From the human T2T-CHM13v2.0 reference genome, Homo sapiens, in the NCBI RefSeq assembly GCF_009914755.1, contig NC_060946.1: a stretch of DNA of 64,000 bases; one strand, written 5' to 3'. Below the pieces are notes generated by a model. The model did not search any database, was not told the DNA's origin, and saw nothing but the letters and a program-made list of their open reading frames with translations. Shown here in pieces: positions 1 through 11,458 of the stretch (positions are counted from its first letter, which is position 1; each line of letters starts with the position of its first letter). Position numbers and translations under genes: made by a program.

Positions 1-194
1 AATGGGGGAGCCCTGGCTGCAGCAGGGGCGGGCTGTGTATCATCAGCGTGCGGATGAGAGAGACAGAAAGGCAACTCGAGGCCACCCGGGCTCCCCGGGC
101 CCCTGGGCTATGGCTGCTGTCTGAGCCTCAGACTTCCCCTCCAGCCTCCAGATCACCACTTCCTTTTAACTCTCAGGCCAGCCACATCTGTGTC

Positions 195-633
195 TGTCTG
201 GCTCCCTCCACTCAGCCTCAAGACCCAGCATGTGTGTGACCACTTCCAAGAAGCCTCCCCTGACTGCTCCAGGGTCATGGCTGTGTGATAGGAGGGCCTG
301 GCCTGCAAAAACGCCCTCCCTATTTCTCCAGGGAGGGAAATCTGTGTGCTATGAGGCTTGGTTGTGGCCACATTTCTGTTAAAACCCTGCCAATGCCAAC
401 AGGAGCTACAGAGCCTGCAGGTGAAGTAATTCTTTGGCCTACGGACGAATTTTGCATGTGGACCTCCTGACCCTTGGGCCTCCCGGGTTGCAGGGAGCTA
501 CGGAGTTGTCTTTGTAGTTTTTTGCAGGCCAGCCCCTCCTGTCGCACGGGCATGACCATGGGGCAGTCAGGGGAGGCTTCTTGGAAGAGGTCACACACAT
601 TCTGGGTCTTGAGGCTGAGGGGTGAGCCAGACA
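195..633. repeat. Imperfect inverted duplication, arms ~195-311 and ~519-633
   Basis: Reverse complement of 211-311 aligns to 519-619 with 9 mismatches in 101 nt; ORF track gives matching peptides on opposite strands (QSGEASWKWSHTCWVLRL / QSGEASWKRSHTFWVLRL). Confidence 0.92.
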
Positions 634-1644
634 AGTGGGACACCCAAACTCACAGCCACGTCTGTGGCTGGCCCATGAACAGCGCGATGAGAGGCAGGGA
701 GCCAGGAAGGGAGGGCACAGCCTGCGGTTTGGGGCTGTTGGAGCATCCAGGGTGCAGGGAGGGTCGAGGGGAGGCCGAAAGGGGCTGCAGGGCCAGGCCT
801 TGGTGGATGCTGTCCTGGGGACCACGGGAGCCACGGGAGGTCTGTGCTGCCCATGGAGCTTCCAGATCCCGCTGCTTTATTTAACCCACTGGGCCTCCTG
901 CAGCTTGAGGTTGCGGTTGAGGTTGTACCCACTCAGCAGGTAAGAAGACTGAGGCCGGAAGAGCCAAGTCCCCAGGATCTCCCAGCCAGGAAGTGTTCGA
1001 GGATAGGGCTTAGACCTGAACTGCCCAGATCTGGGACTCCCCATCCCCATGGCCTATGTTAAGCCCTGATTATTTTTTCTGGTCTATACTAGCTGGTATC
1101 TACACTGGCTGGCATCTGTCAGCCGTGGTTGAGTCTGAGTCCCAGCCGTAGAGGATAAATAGTGAAGCACCTCCTTTCACACAGTCACAGTGCTCCCGGC
1201 CATGGGATCTTGGGTCCTGGGCCAGCCCTTGATGAGGAAAGACCTCCCTGTATGTCCAGGCAGTCAAAAGATGAAGTTCAGATGTCACCATGCTGCGGAA
1301 TGGCGAGGTCCTGGAGGGTCTCTCTCCGGCTCTTTACCTGCCGAGGGCCCACTCATCCTTGGTCACACAGGCAACCCATCATGCTGCTCCCTGGGACCCC
1401 CAGACCTGCCTCCTTTCCAGGACCCCTCCCAGCCTCAATGATTCCCCAGTGACAGCCACAGCCGCACCTGGTGCAGATAGATGCTGGGGCTGGCTGCAAT
1501 TTAGGGAGGATCTTTCTAGGCTGGGGCAGGAGCTTCACGGCTGGGAATGGGCTTTAATGACAACCTACGCATCTTAGAAGACATTCAGACCCACTCCACT
1601 CTGCACAGTTGTTTCTGGGCAAGCCCTCTGATATGATTTAGTGC

Positions 1645-1705
1645 ATGTGTGGCTGGGTGTGGAGTGTGTGCGTGTGTGTGGGTGCGTGTGAGTGGTGAGT
1701 GCATA
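1645..1705. repeat. Degenerate (TG)n
   Basis: Direct reading. Confidence 0.7.
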
Positions 1706-2461
1706 TGCACAGGGTTTGATCTCTGAGATGTTTTATACTCTCTGGCTTGGAGAAAGGACAGTCCTGTAGTATCAAGACCAGACCTTGTGTCCCCAGCCCA
1801 AGGCTGCCCTGGGCCCAGGGACAGTATTTGGAGACTTTGCTGGCAGTTTTGCGTTGGAATCACCTGGTGCCTCCCTGTACGTCCACCCATCCTGTGCCCA
1901 GAGCCCCTTCGCAAGCACCATATGCTGTTAGATCCTCGAGCAGCCTTGTGGGACAGCCACCCTGGGGCTGGTATCACCATTTATGTAAGAAAAAAAAGGA
2001 AGTGCTGGCCCAGGGTCCCACAGCCAGCAAGTTGGAGCTGCACTGCACAAGCAGGTCCTTTAGTCAGCTCTCTGTTGTCCCCCAAGCCCCTCAGCCCCCC
2101 AGGCAGCTCTAAGGGCTCAGCTGCTGCAGGATTCCTTAGAGAAGCTGAAGGGTTTGGGTCCTCAGCTCCTGGCCGGGGCAAGTCTGGCCAAGCAGCATGG
2201 CAGCGATGAAGTCCACATGATCGAAGGGTGGATGCTTACCTTAGACAGCTGCTCACCTTAGACATGGTCACCTATATTACATTTAGGAAGGAAACGCCCT
2301 AATTGGAGACTCTGCATCTCATTAATGGAATCAGATGAAACGATGTATGTGAAAGCTCCCAGCAGTGCCTGGCACACAGTGGGTGCACAGGATGTAAATA
2401 CTGATGGAAACCTAAATGTTCTGTAAATATCAGTTCTTCCTAATTTCGCCTTGCCGTCTCT

Positions 2462-3046
2462 CTTGAGAGTGGCTATACCTTCTAGGCCTGATCAGGAAGG
2501 AAGCTGGGTTTTGGTGTGCCAGTCAGGTGAGACGCAGAGAAGACAGCACAATCAACACAGGAAGTAACAGAAGCAGCTAGTTACTCACAGGTCCTAGAGA
2601 GGTGGGGAGCACCCCTTGCAGGGCCAATGGGAAGGGGAAGCGCCTGCAGCATGAGAGAGAGAGAGAATGAGAGAGAGAGACAGAGAGAGACCTGTGGGAC
2701 CAAAGCCTCTACTGGGGTCCAGGGTGTTATCCAGGCAGGTTTCCCGTGAGGAATTCTAACTGGGGGGCTTGGAGCAGGCAGGAGTTCCCTGAGGTCATGC
2801 GGTGGTGGATGGGGGTCACTTCTGCATAGGCCTGCACTATCGATGTAGGTGTGAGGGTCTTTGGGTTGTATCCAGCTGTCCCATAAGGCAGGGGCCCCCA
2901 GGAGGTGGTGGTATAAGGCAGTCCTCTGGGTCAACCGCCTTAAGGAACTGGGAGGAGGTGGAGAACTGGAACCCGCAGCAAGGGTGACTGAGCCCTGCTC
3001 TGGTGTGGGAGTTAAACGCACATTCAGAATGCGTGCCGAGGCAACA
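2462..3046 (-). mobile_element. ERVL-class solo LTR (MER54/MER74-like) with internal (GA)n
   Basis: Minus strand starts TGTTGCCTCGGCACGCATTCTGAAT; homologous to the copy at ~36848-37980. Confidence 0.6.
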
Positions 3047-3354
3047 CAGGATGAGAAGCCGGCACAACACCCAGGCTTTTCCATGAAAGTGAACTTGACA
3101 GCCGCTTTCCCACATTGTCTGTGCTGAGTCGTGGGAGCCTCTGAGTTTTGCCAGTGTGTCAACGCGCTCCTGCAGCACTCTCACCCCCACTTAAAGGGAA
3201 CTACCACAGTTTATGTTTTGAAATCGCATTTTAAATTCCATCTGTGGGTGTATAAGGATTATTACCCAATTTCAAGTTTACCGTTTGAAAAATAGCAATG
3301 GCGTGAGTGGCCCCTTTTAGGCAAAGTGTGATTGGGTCTGTGTGGCCGCGGCAA

Positions 3355-3510
3355 ACTGCTCTGGGCTTGCGGCTTTGTTCTCTGTTTCCAGCTGTGTGAC
3401 TTTAGGCAAATTTCATAACCTGTCTGAGCCTCAGCTTTCTTCTCAGTAAAATTGCCATAATAATATTTGCCCTGCAGGGTAATAGGGACTGAGGTGTGTG
3501 CCTGTTTTAA
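3355..3510. mobile_element. MIR fragment
   Basis: cagctgtgtgactttaggcaa...tctgagcctcagctttcttctcagtaaaat MIR-core pattern. Confidence 0.6.
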
Positions 3511-4001
3511 CATAAGAGTGGTCTAGTCTGGAGGATAAATGAGCCGCTGGGAGGAAGAAGTTTGGAAATGGAGGGCTGGTGGGAGCCCGGAGCCTTCTTA
3601 GGGGACAACAGGCCAGATCAAGGATGATGGGACAGGGCCAGGACCGTCCAGCCCAAAGTGGCTCCAACTGCCCAGGACCTACTTAATAGGCAGATCTCGC
3701 GGCCTGGGCTGGTGAGGCCGGCCTGGCCGGAAGCAAGTCAGCAAGCAGGCCTCTCAAGTCCTATCATCCTTGAATTATCTTATTTATTCAACAAGAACAT
3801 CCTGGGGTACTTTTCTATGCCAGGCCCTGCACTGGGTACTGCAGAACAAATCTACATCCAAGCTACGCATCCTGCTTTTAAGAAGCTCCCCACCAGCATC
3901 CATAGCATCCTGCCAGAGTTCCCACAGCTGAAAGTGCTTGTGGTTTAGGGGTTGGTGTCATCCCAGTTCATGTCTGAGAGAGAGAGAGAAGTGGCGTGTG
4001 G

Positions 4002-4114
4002 CAGGGCTGCTATGTACAGTTGGATGTGTTGTGCACTGCAAAATCTAGGCAGCACCATCCACCGGTGAGTCTATTTGCAGTACACAACCTGCTCAACTGT
4101 ATGCAGCAGCCCCG
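4002..4114. mobile_element. MER91-like hAT MITE with long terminal inverted repeats
   Basis: Starts CAGGGCTGCTATGTACAGTT, ends AACTGTATGCAGCAGCCC; ~40-bp imperfect inverted arms. Confidence 0.7.
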
Positions 4115-6100
4115 GTACAAGGGCTTGTGAATGGAGATATCTACCTAGCTGTACCTCTCCCCCTGGCCAGGCAAGGCCTCAGTCAAGGCTTGAGACCGTC
4201 CATTGTCCCAGCCAGCAGGGCCCAGATCACCTCGTTAAAATTATTACCTCTTAAGGGGTTAAATGTGCGCCGCTGACCACGTCCTGCAGCCCATGTGGAG
4301 AGTTTGGCCCGGGATCAGTACACATTACAAATGAGATTCAGAAATTCCACCTAAAAACAACAGCGCGGCTGTCCCTGCCCGACGATGAGTGATTGCCCTG
4401 TCCTGGCTTTCACGGCAAATCCCAGGGATGATGCGCTTTCTCTTTTCTGGGAGACACAGCCCTGTCACCCCGGGGCTCACACCCTGGCCGGCAGCCAAGT
4501 TCTTTCCCAGGGTGCTGGGCCCGGCCTCCTCTGGGCTGGGATCAGCTGCGGCCTGACTCCATCTTGAGCTGGGGGTGTCACCGAGGGTTCCAGGAGGTGG
4601 AGGGCATGGGGACGAGGGTGTCTCAGAGACTGGGAGATGGAAGGAGAACACACACCTTTTCTGCTCCCTATGTCGTGACCCCATGGGGCAGAGATGGGCT
4701 CTGGGGCATCAGACCCTGTGCCCTGTGTGACGGCGCGTAGCCCCCCGAAACAGCTGCTGTTATCCCTCCTTGAGGTTATCAGCCCCCAATTCCCCAGATA
4801 CCAAAACTCTCAGAAGTCACCCCCGTCACAAAGCTGGTGACCCTCCCTGCAGCAGCTCCTGGGCTCAGGCCAGACCCCTCAGAGGGCTTGGTAGCATTTA
4901 ATGGGGTACAGTCTCTGCTTTTGAGCCTACTTCAGTGAGACACACAGGGGGCCCCAGGGACCAGTCCCGGAAACCTCCCTGCTCAGTGGGTGGCCCCTGG
5001 ACAGCCTGGGCTGGACCTGCAGTAACGTGGACAGCATTCATTCGGAGCTCAAGGCCTCAGCCCCAGGAGACGCCCTGTCCATGTGAGTGCCGCACTGCAC
5101 ACCCGAGATTGGTTTTCCAGCCCAGGACCTGGCTAGGAAGGGTCGGCGGGGTACAGCCCGCTCAGCACCCCCTGCCGTGGCCGCCTCTGCAGGAGGAGAC
5201 AGCATGGTGGGGAGAGGGGACTGTCTTGCCCTGCTGAACCCCCAGGGGTCGGCTACACCCCTCTCTACAGGCCTTTTTGGTGTAGCGCAGGTGAGACAAT
5301 GCAGCCAGAGAGGTTGGGAGATTACACAGCTCCACATCTGCGGTGTCACCGTGGACGGGACCGTCATGGTCCCAGCGGGAGGGTGGAAGGAAGCCAAACT
5401 TGAGACGTCTGCCTTGCACAAAGGCAGTGGTGCTCGTCAAGGTTTGGGCTGGAAGACTTAGCACCTGGCGGGCATCTGAAAATTTCCATCTCCCGTGCCT
5501 GCTTGGTCCCCACGGACACATGCCTGAGCCATCAGGGACTGCAAATCACAGGGGTGGGAAGACAGGGACGCACACTGAGCAGGTGAAAGGTGGTGGGGGG
5601 TAAGCAGGTGTTTCGGAAGGAGTAGAGGAGGGCCCGGAATGGGGCCACGTAGGAAAGGGTCACATCCATTCACCCTGGAGTCAGCCCGAGGGCCCAGGCA
5701 GGGTGGGGTCCTAGTGATGCCTGTCGGTGGGTGACATCAGGCCATCCACAGCACCGGGAGCCAGCAGAAAGGGCTGGGCCAGGCCATGTGGACAGGGTCT
5801 ACGGACAGTACAGGGCCAGAGGTCCCTATTCTGGGACCTTGACATGCTGCCGTTCTCGTGAGCTTCTGGGGGACTCCTGCGAGGCATGTGGGCTGCTTCT
5901 CAGACCTGCGGGTACCCCACCTCCCAGATGTTGTCAATGGGATGTGAGGTTCACGAGCACGTCACGGAGCCTCTCCCCTCATAATGTACGTGCGCATCAT
6001 GGCAAAATGTGCCTGGCCACTGGTTCCTGACGCTGGAAGGCACGAACCCACTCCCCACACCCACAGCCGGCGTTGCTGTGACTGCAGTGTCTGTGTTCTA

Positions 6101-6217
6101 AGCCCCACTTTTCACATCCATCCCCGCTGCCCGGCCAGAGAGACGTCCTCAGCCCAGAGCCCCACTTTTCACATCCATCCCCGCTGCCCGGCCAGAGAGA
6201 CATCCTCAGCCCAGAGC
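6101..6217. repeat. 57-bp tandem duplication (2 copies, 1 mismatch)
   Basis: AGCCCCACTTTTCACATCCATCCCCGCTGCCCGGCCAGAGAGAC[G/A]TCCTCAGCCCAG twice. Confidence 0.95.
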
Positions 6218-6699
6218 TTCCTATCTCCCTCGCCTGCTCCTACCCTCCAGAATAAAATGTGTACGAGGTAGGGAATCTGTGCTTGTTTGCCAGTTGTGGT
6301 CACTGCTGTATCTCTTAGAGTGGGGCTTACCCCTGGGGGCCCAGCGCTCAGGGATGCGTGGGCTCCAGGCTGGAGAGAAGCACCCAGATCTACCAACTGG
6401 CCTTCCGGCTCTCCAGAGCCGCTTGCATCTTACTCCTTCCTCTTCCCTCCGCTCTGCTTCAGCCACTCCAGCCCATGCCTCAGACCCCAAATATTCCATG
6501 GCCTCTCTCCTCTCCTGGACTGTAGCCGTGACATTCACTTCCTTCTCCTTTTGGTGAACTCCTATTCATCCCTCCAAGCCGATGTCAGCTGTCACCTCCT
6601 CTTGGATGCCGTCCACACGCTCCACATGCAGAGTGTGCAGCTCCTTCTTTTGTGCTCCAGTGGCCCCAGATGAGCCCCTTTTGCAACTCTCCTCATACT

Positions 6700-7060
6700 C
6701 ATTCTCCCAACGAGTAATGTGTGTATCCCTGGGGGCAGGTCCTGCTCTGAGGAATGCAGCAGTGACTAAGGCGGACATGAACGCCTCTCTCATACACTTT
6801 TTATCCCAGAGGGTAGGAGTACACGAGAAACAAGCATAATATATACACGGTCAGATGGTAGTGAGGGCTGTGCAGAGCAGGGGAGGGGAGTGGGAGGCGG
6901 GGTGCAGCATGGCGGTACAGCTTTAAATCTGGTGGTCAGTGACATTTGTCAAAGACTCAGGAGCTGAGGAAGTGACCCACACAGAGATCTGGAGGAAGAG
7001 GGCTCCAGGCAGAGGGAATGGCAGAGTGCCGGAGTGGCCATGCCTGGGGAACTCCTTCTG
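6700..7060. mobile_element. L2 fragment
   Basis: L2-like ...gtggtcagtgacatttgtcaaagactcagg...cagagatctggaggaagagggctccaggcagagggaatggca. Confidence 0.55.
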
Positions 7061-7769
7061 GAAAGTCTGTCGTGAACCAGAGCAGAGAAATGCTTGTGCT
7101 GGGGGGAGGGGTGTCGTGAAAAGGGAAACACCAGGAGTTGTGGCATTGGGAGTTTCTTCGCTTGACTTTCAATTCCACCAAACAATTCCTAGACAGAAGA
7201 GCCTCCAGGGGTTTATTCGTGCAAGGCTACCCTCTGTCACCCTGTTTGTCCTTGCTTCTTATACACACACAGAACAGATGCACCCACTGGGGTCACCCCA
7301 ACCCAGCCCCCAGCAGTTGCCCATAACTGGCCGCAGGATCCCACACACCTGCTGACTTCCAGAGTCACCAAGGGGTTAAAAGGGGCTGGGAACAGCCTCT
7401 TAGTCTCCAGAGCCTCCGCAGGAATGATTTGTGACCCTCTTAGGCTGCTGGTCTGCACCTTCTGAAAAGCCTTTAATATCACCGGGCACATTCATAAATT
7501 ATTCTTTTTTAAAAATGAAATGTTTTAGCCAAACAGCAGTAGAGGCATGTTGTGCAAAATTAGCAAAAAAAAAAAAAAGGAATGACGATGATATGAATCT
7601 TTTGGCGGCCTCTCCTAACCGTCTTTAAATCTGCGAAAGGATCTCAGTGCCCGCCATTACCTGGCCAGCACCGGGAGGATGTCAGGTGCTTCCAGGCGGA
7701 CTCTGCTAGGAACATTCCATCTGTGGCCAAGGCTATCACAGTCCTCAAATTAACAGCAAACCCCGCGTG

Positions 7770-7990
7770 GCCCTTGTGGTGTGCCAGGCACTCTTCTGGG
7801 CATATATATGTATTTTTTATATATATAAAAAATATATAAAAATATTTTTATATATATAAAAAATATGTAAAAATATATTTTTTATATATAACTTGCTCCT
7901 CATAGCAACCCTGTAGATCATTATTCCCATTTTCCAGATGAGGAAACTGAGGCACACAGGCGCTTCCAGGCTCAGGTGACATGAATTAAG
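7770..7990. mobile_element. MIR interrupted by an AT-only tract (7801-7890)
   Basis: gtgccaggcact...cccattttccagatgaggaaactgaggcaca MIR core. Confidence 0.7.
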
Positions 7991-10504
7991 AATGCACACA
8001 TCATGCTGGGACTCTGTGGGGTTCCTGCTGTCATGACTTTCCCCAGCGACCTTGGGGAGGGCAGAGTTCTACTCTTTGAGGCTTGACCCGGTCCTGAAAT
8101 CTCAGTTGTCACTTCTGCATCCTGACAACATGGAGCACGGTCCATAGCGTAGGTGTATCGTAAATGTTCAGTCCATGGCAGCGCAGACAGTCATCTGCAG
8201 ATTCGCGAGCCTCTGGGATGATGGCCTGGAAAAGGGACATTGAGGACGTGGCCTTGCTCCAGCCTGGGGGGGCTCTGTGCCATGGCCCTGCAGCAGGGGG
8301 CCCCTTTTTGCCCTGAATTGGCTCATTCATGGCGCCTCTCAGGAGTAAAGGGGAAGAAAGTGATGGTTCTCCACCAACTTCACCTGTCCCCTCCTGCTGA
8401 ACTCCAGCAGCGGCTCCCATGGCTCCAGGAGAGAGAAGGGGCATGACTGGCCTGCCCTCTCATCAGCCTCTCCCCTAGCCCTCCCTCCTTTACTCTCATC
8501 TGCTCAGGAAAACTGAGAGCACCAAGCTGCCTCATGTCTCCACCCTCCCCGCAGAGCACCCTCCCCGCAGAGCACCCTCCCATCGCCCTTTTCTTGTTGG
8601 GCACCTCGTTCTTCAAAGTCAGTTCAAGGTTAACCCGTTGGGGAAGCTTCCATGACACCAGTTCCCGGTTTGGGGTGTGTATTTCTCCGAAGCTCTCCCA
8701 AAGGAGATTTGCTTACCTTTATCAGCCTCTGCTGCCCCAATCCCCTGTGCCTGCTCTCCCAGTGGCTGAGAGCCCCATGAAGAGCCAGACCAGGGCCAGG
8801 TGATGTTGGTAACCCCAGCACCCAGCACTGCAGCCACCCACAGCAAGTGCTCTGTGCTTGTCAGATAGAGAAGAGAGGGCTCTGCTCTGACCTGCAGGCC
8901 TGGGGCTCAGGACCCCCTCTCTGCACTCAAGGGCTGCCCGCCAGGCCAGCCTCTCTTCCCCCCCATCCCTCCAGACCTTCATTGCATCTGTAGAAAGAGG
9001 CAGAGTAGCCTTCACTCCGGAAGGCAGAGGGCAGGACTTGGCCCCTCTGGTGTGCCCACGTCTTTGAGTGAAGTTGGCAAGACTTGAACTCGTCCTGCCC
9101 TTCGTGGCCCCCTCACCTTGGGGGATTGCAAGGGGTTCAGTGTGGCTGGGGCAGTGTGCTGAGAGCTGGGCTGGACGGGGCCGTGGGCCTCAGCAAGATG
9201 CGTCTCACCTGCTGTGAGCCCGGGTGGGGGTAGGGTGAGAAGAGCCCCCTGCAGAGCCACAGTGGGCCCCCACGGTTGGATTTACCTCCTGGCTCTGAGC
9301 ACAGTGGGAAGAGGCATGGGAGGGGTGAAAAGGAAGGTGGTACACGTGTTCAGGTAGATGCGACGAGGCCGGAACTGAGGCCAGGTGGGGTTGTGGGGAG
9401 AGAAGGGAGGAGAGTCTGGAGACCTTTAGGAATAGAATCCATTGGCCTCAGTGATGGTTTAACCTGAGGGATGGGAGTAAGGGGCCTATCGAGGGCGACT
9501 CCAAGTTCCTGGCTTGGGGGTACCTGCCTGGAGAGTGAGGGGTAGGGGAGGAAGGGAAGTGGGTTTAAGGGAGGAGGGTAGGTCAGTGTTTGGCGTGCTT
9601 GGATTTGAATTGTCCATCTGGGAGGGGCGTCTGGAGAAATTGGAGTGGACTCCGAGTTTGGGTCGGGGGCCCAGGAGGACCCCACCCAGCAGGTAGGTGG
9701 GTGGAGGCTGAGGTCGGCTCAGGAGACACACGGAGGGAGGGGACATGATTTCTTATCCCTCTAGTCTCAGTCACAAGTTCACTTCTCCTAAAAGGAGGTG
9801 CCTCAGACAGCAGATCCTTCCAGAACTCTCCCAGACCTTGTCTTCCTTTGGCAAGGCCACAGAGCTTGGTGGAAGGGGCAGTGGCCCAGGGTCTGGGCTC
9901 CAGTTCTGGTTTACTGCTTGCTGGCCGTGTGATTGTCAGCAACTCACGTAACCACACAGAGCCAAATTTTCTCCCCGGTGAGCCCCCACTGCCTGCGTTT
10001 GCGATGAGAGGAGAGACAGTCGATGTGAGTGAGCTCTGTGATGACGAAGCACTGCAGAAATGTTAGTTCCCACGCCACAGGTGAAGGCTGAAGGGCTTTA
10101 GTCCAAAGCTGACATTTCCCTTCATATTTTTCCCCAAGGGGAAAGGTGCACCCTGAAACGAAGAGCTGTCTCTTTCGTTCAGCTACCTTCAGCTGTCCCC
10201 TCCAAACTGTCTGATTTAGCTCACGGGAGACCTGCGGAAGGAGCACATTTATAACCATCAAGAAATACGGATGATGAGTTTTGCTGAGACATGTTGACTG
10301 ACACTTAGTATTTTAAATATGCAGCCCAGACACCTGTCCCCCTTGCTTCCCGGCTTTTATGGCGTTTCTCAGCCAAGCAGAGAAGACCAGGTTTCGGGAG
10401 CTCAGTCCCTTCAACTGCACCACCAGCTTCTGATGCGATTCTCTCTAATTGCTTTCTGCTGTTTTTGCCGTGTGTTTATGACTCAGCTAAGGGCAGTACA
10501 GTCG

Positions 10505-10763
10505 GGAAGTGTCCTGCGCGCCATTTTGCAGACAGGAGGGAGGAAGTGTCCTGCGCGCCATTTTGCAGACAGGAGGAAGGAAGTGTCCTGCGCGCCATTT
10601 TGCAGACAGGAGGGAGGAAGTGTCCTGCGCGCCATTTTGCAGACAGGAGGGAGGAAGTGTCCTGCGCGCCATTTTGCAGACAGGAGGGAGGAAGTGTCCT
10701 GCGCGCCATTTTGCAGACAGGAGGGAGGAAGTGTCCTGCGCGCCATTTTGCAGACAGGAGGAA
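10505..10763. repeat. 37-bp minisatellite, 7 copies
   Basis: Unit GGAAGTGTCCTGCGCGCCATTTTGCAGACAGGAGG(G/A)A; copies 2 and 7 carry the A variant. Confidence 0.97.
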
Positions 10764-11056
10764 GGAGATGTAGTGGGATGGGAAGATCTGGGCTCTGAGG
10801 TCAGTCCCCGCTGGACGGAAACCTGCGGCCCTGTTAGCTCCGTGATCTGGAAGGTGCTACTAGTAGCGCCTCATTTTTCTCCCCAGGAGAAGGAGGGCGA
10901 CCGTGTCTCATCCCTAACTGCGATGGGGGCTGAATGCGGCTGTGGGCACATAGGGTCTCTCTGTCTCCACCCATGTCTCCTGCTGTGTGGCCTCTTTCCA
11001 GCCCATCCACACTCTAGTTGGTGGCTTTGTGAGTGCTGACAATACTTCCATGTGCT

Positions 11057-11458
<402 letters not shown>

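Noticed and set aside
6251-6256. Intronic AATAAA as an alternative FBLN1 poly(A) site
   Set aside because: Lies in L2-like sequence; a lone hexamer without 3'-end data is not evidence
10319-11039. Overlapping repetitive ORFs and a CRISPR-like 37-bp period
   Set aside because: Head-to-tail minisatellite with no spacers and no cas genes; the ORFs arise because the unit lacks stop codons
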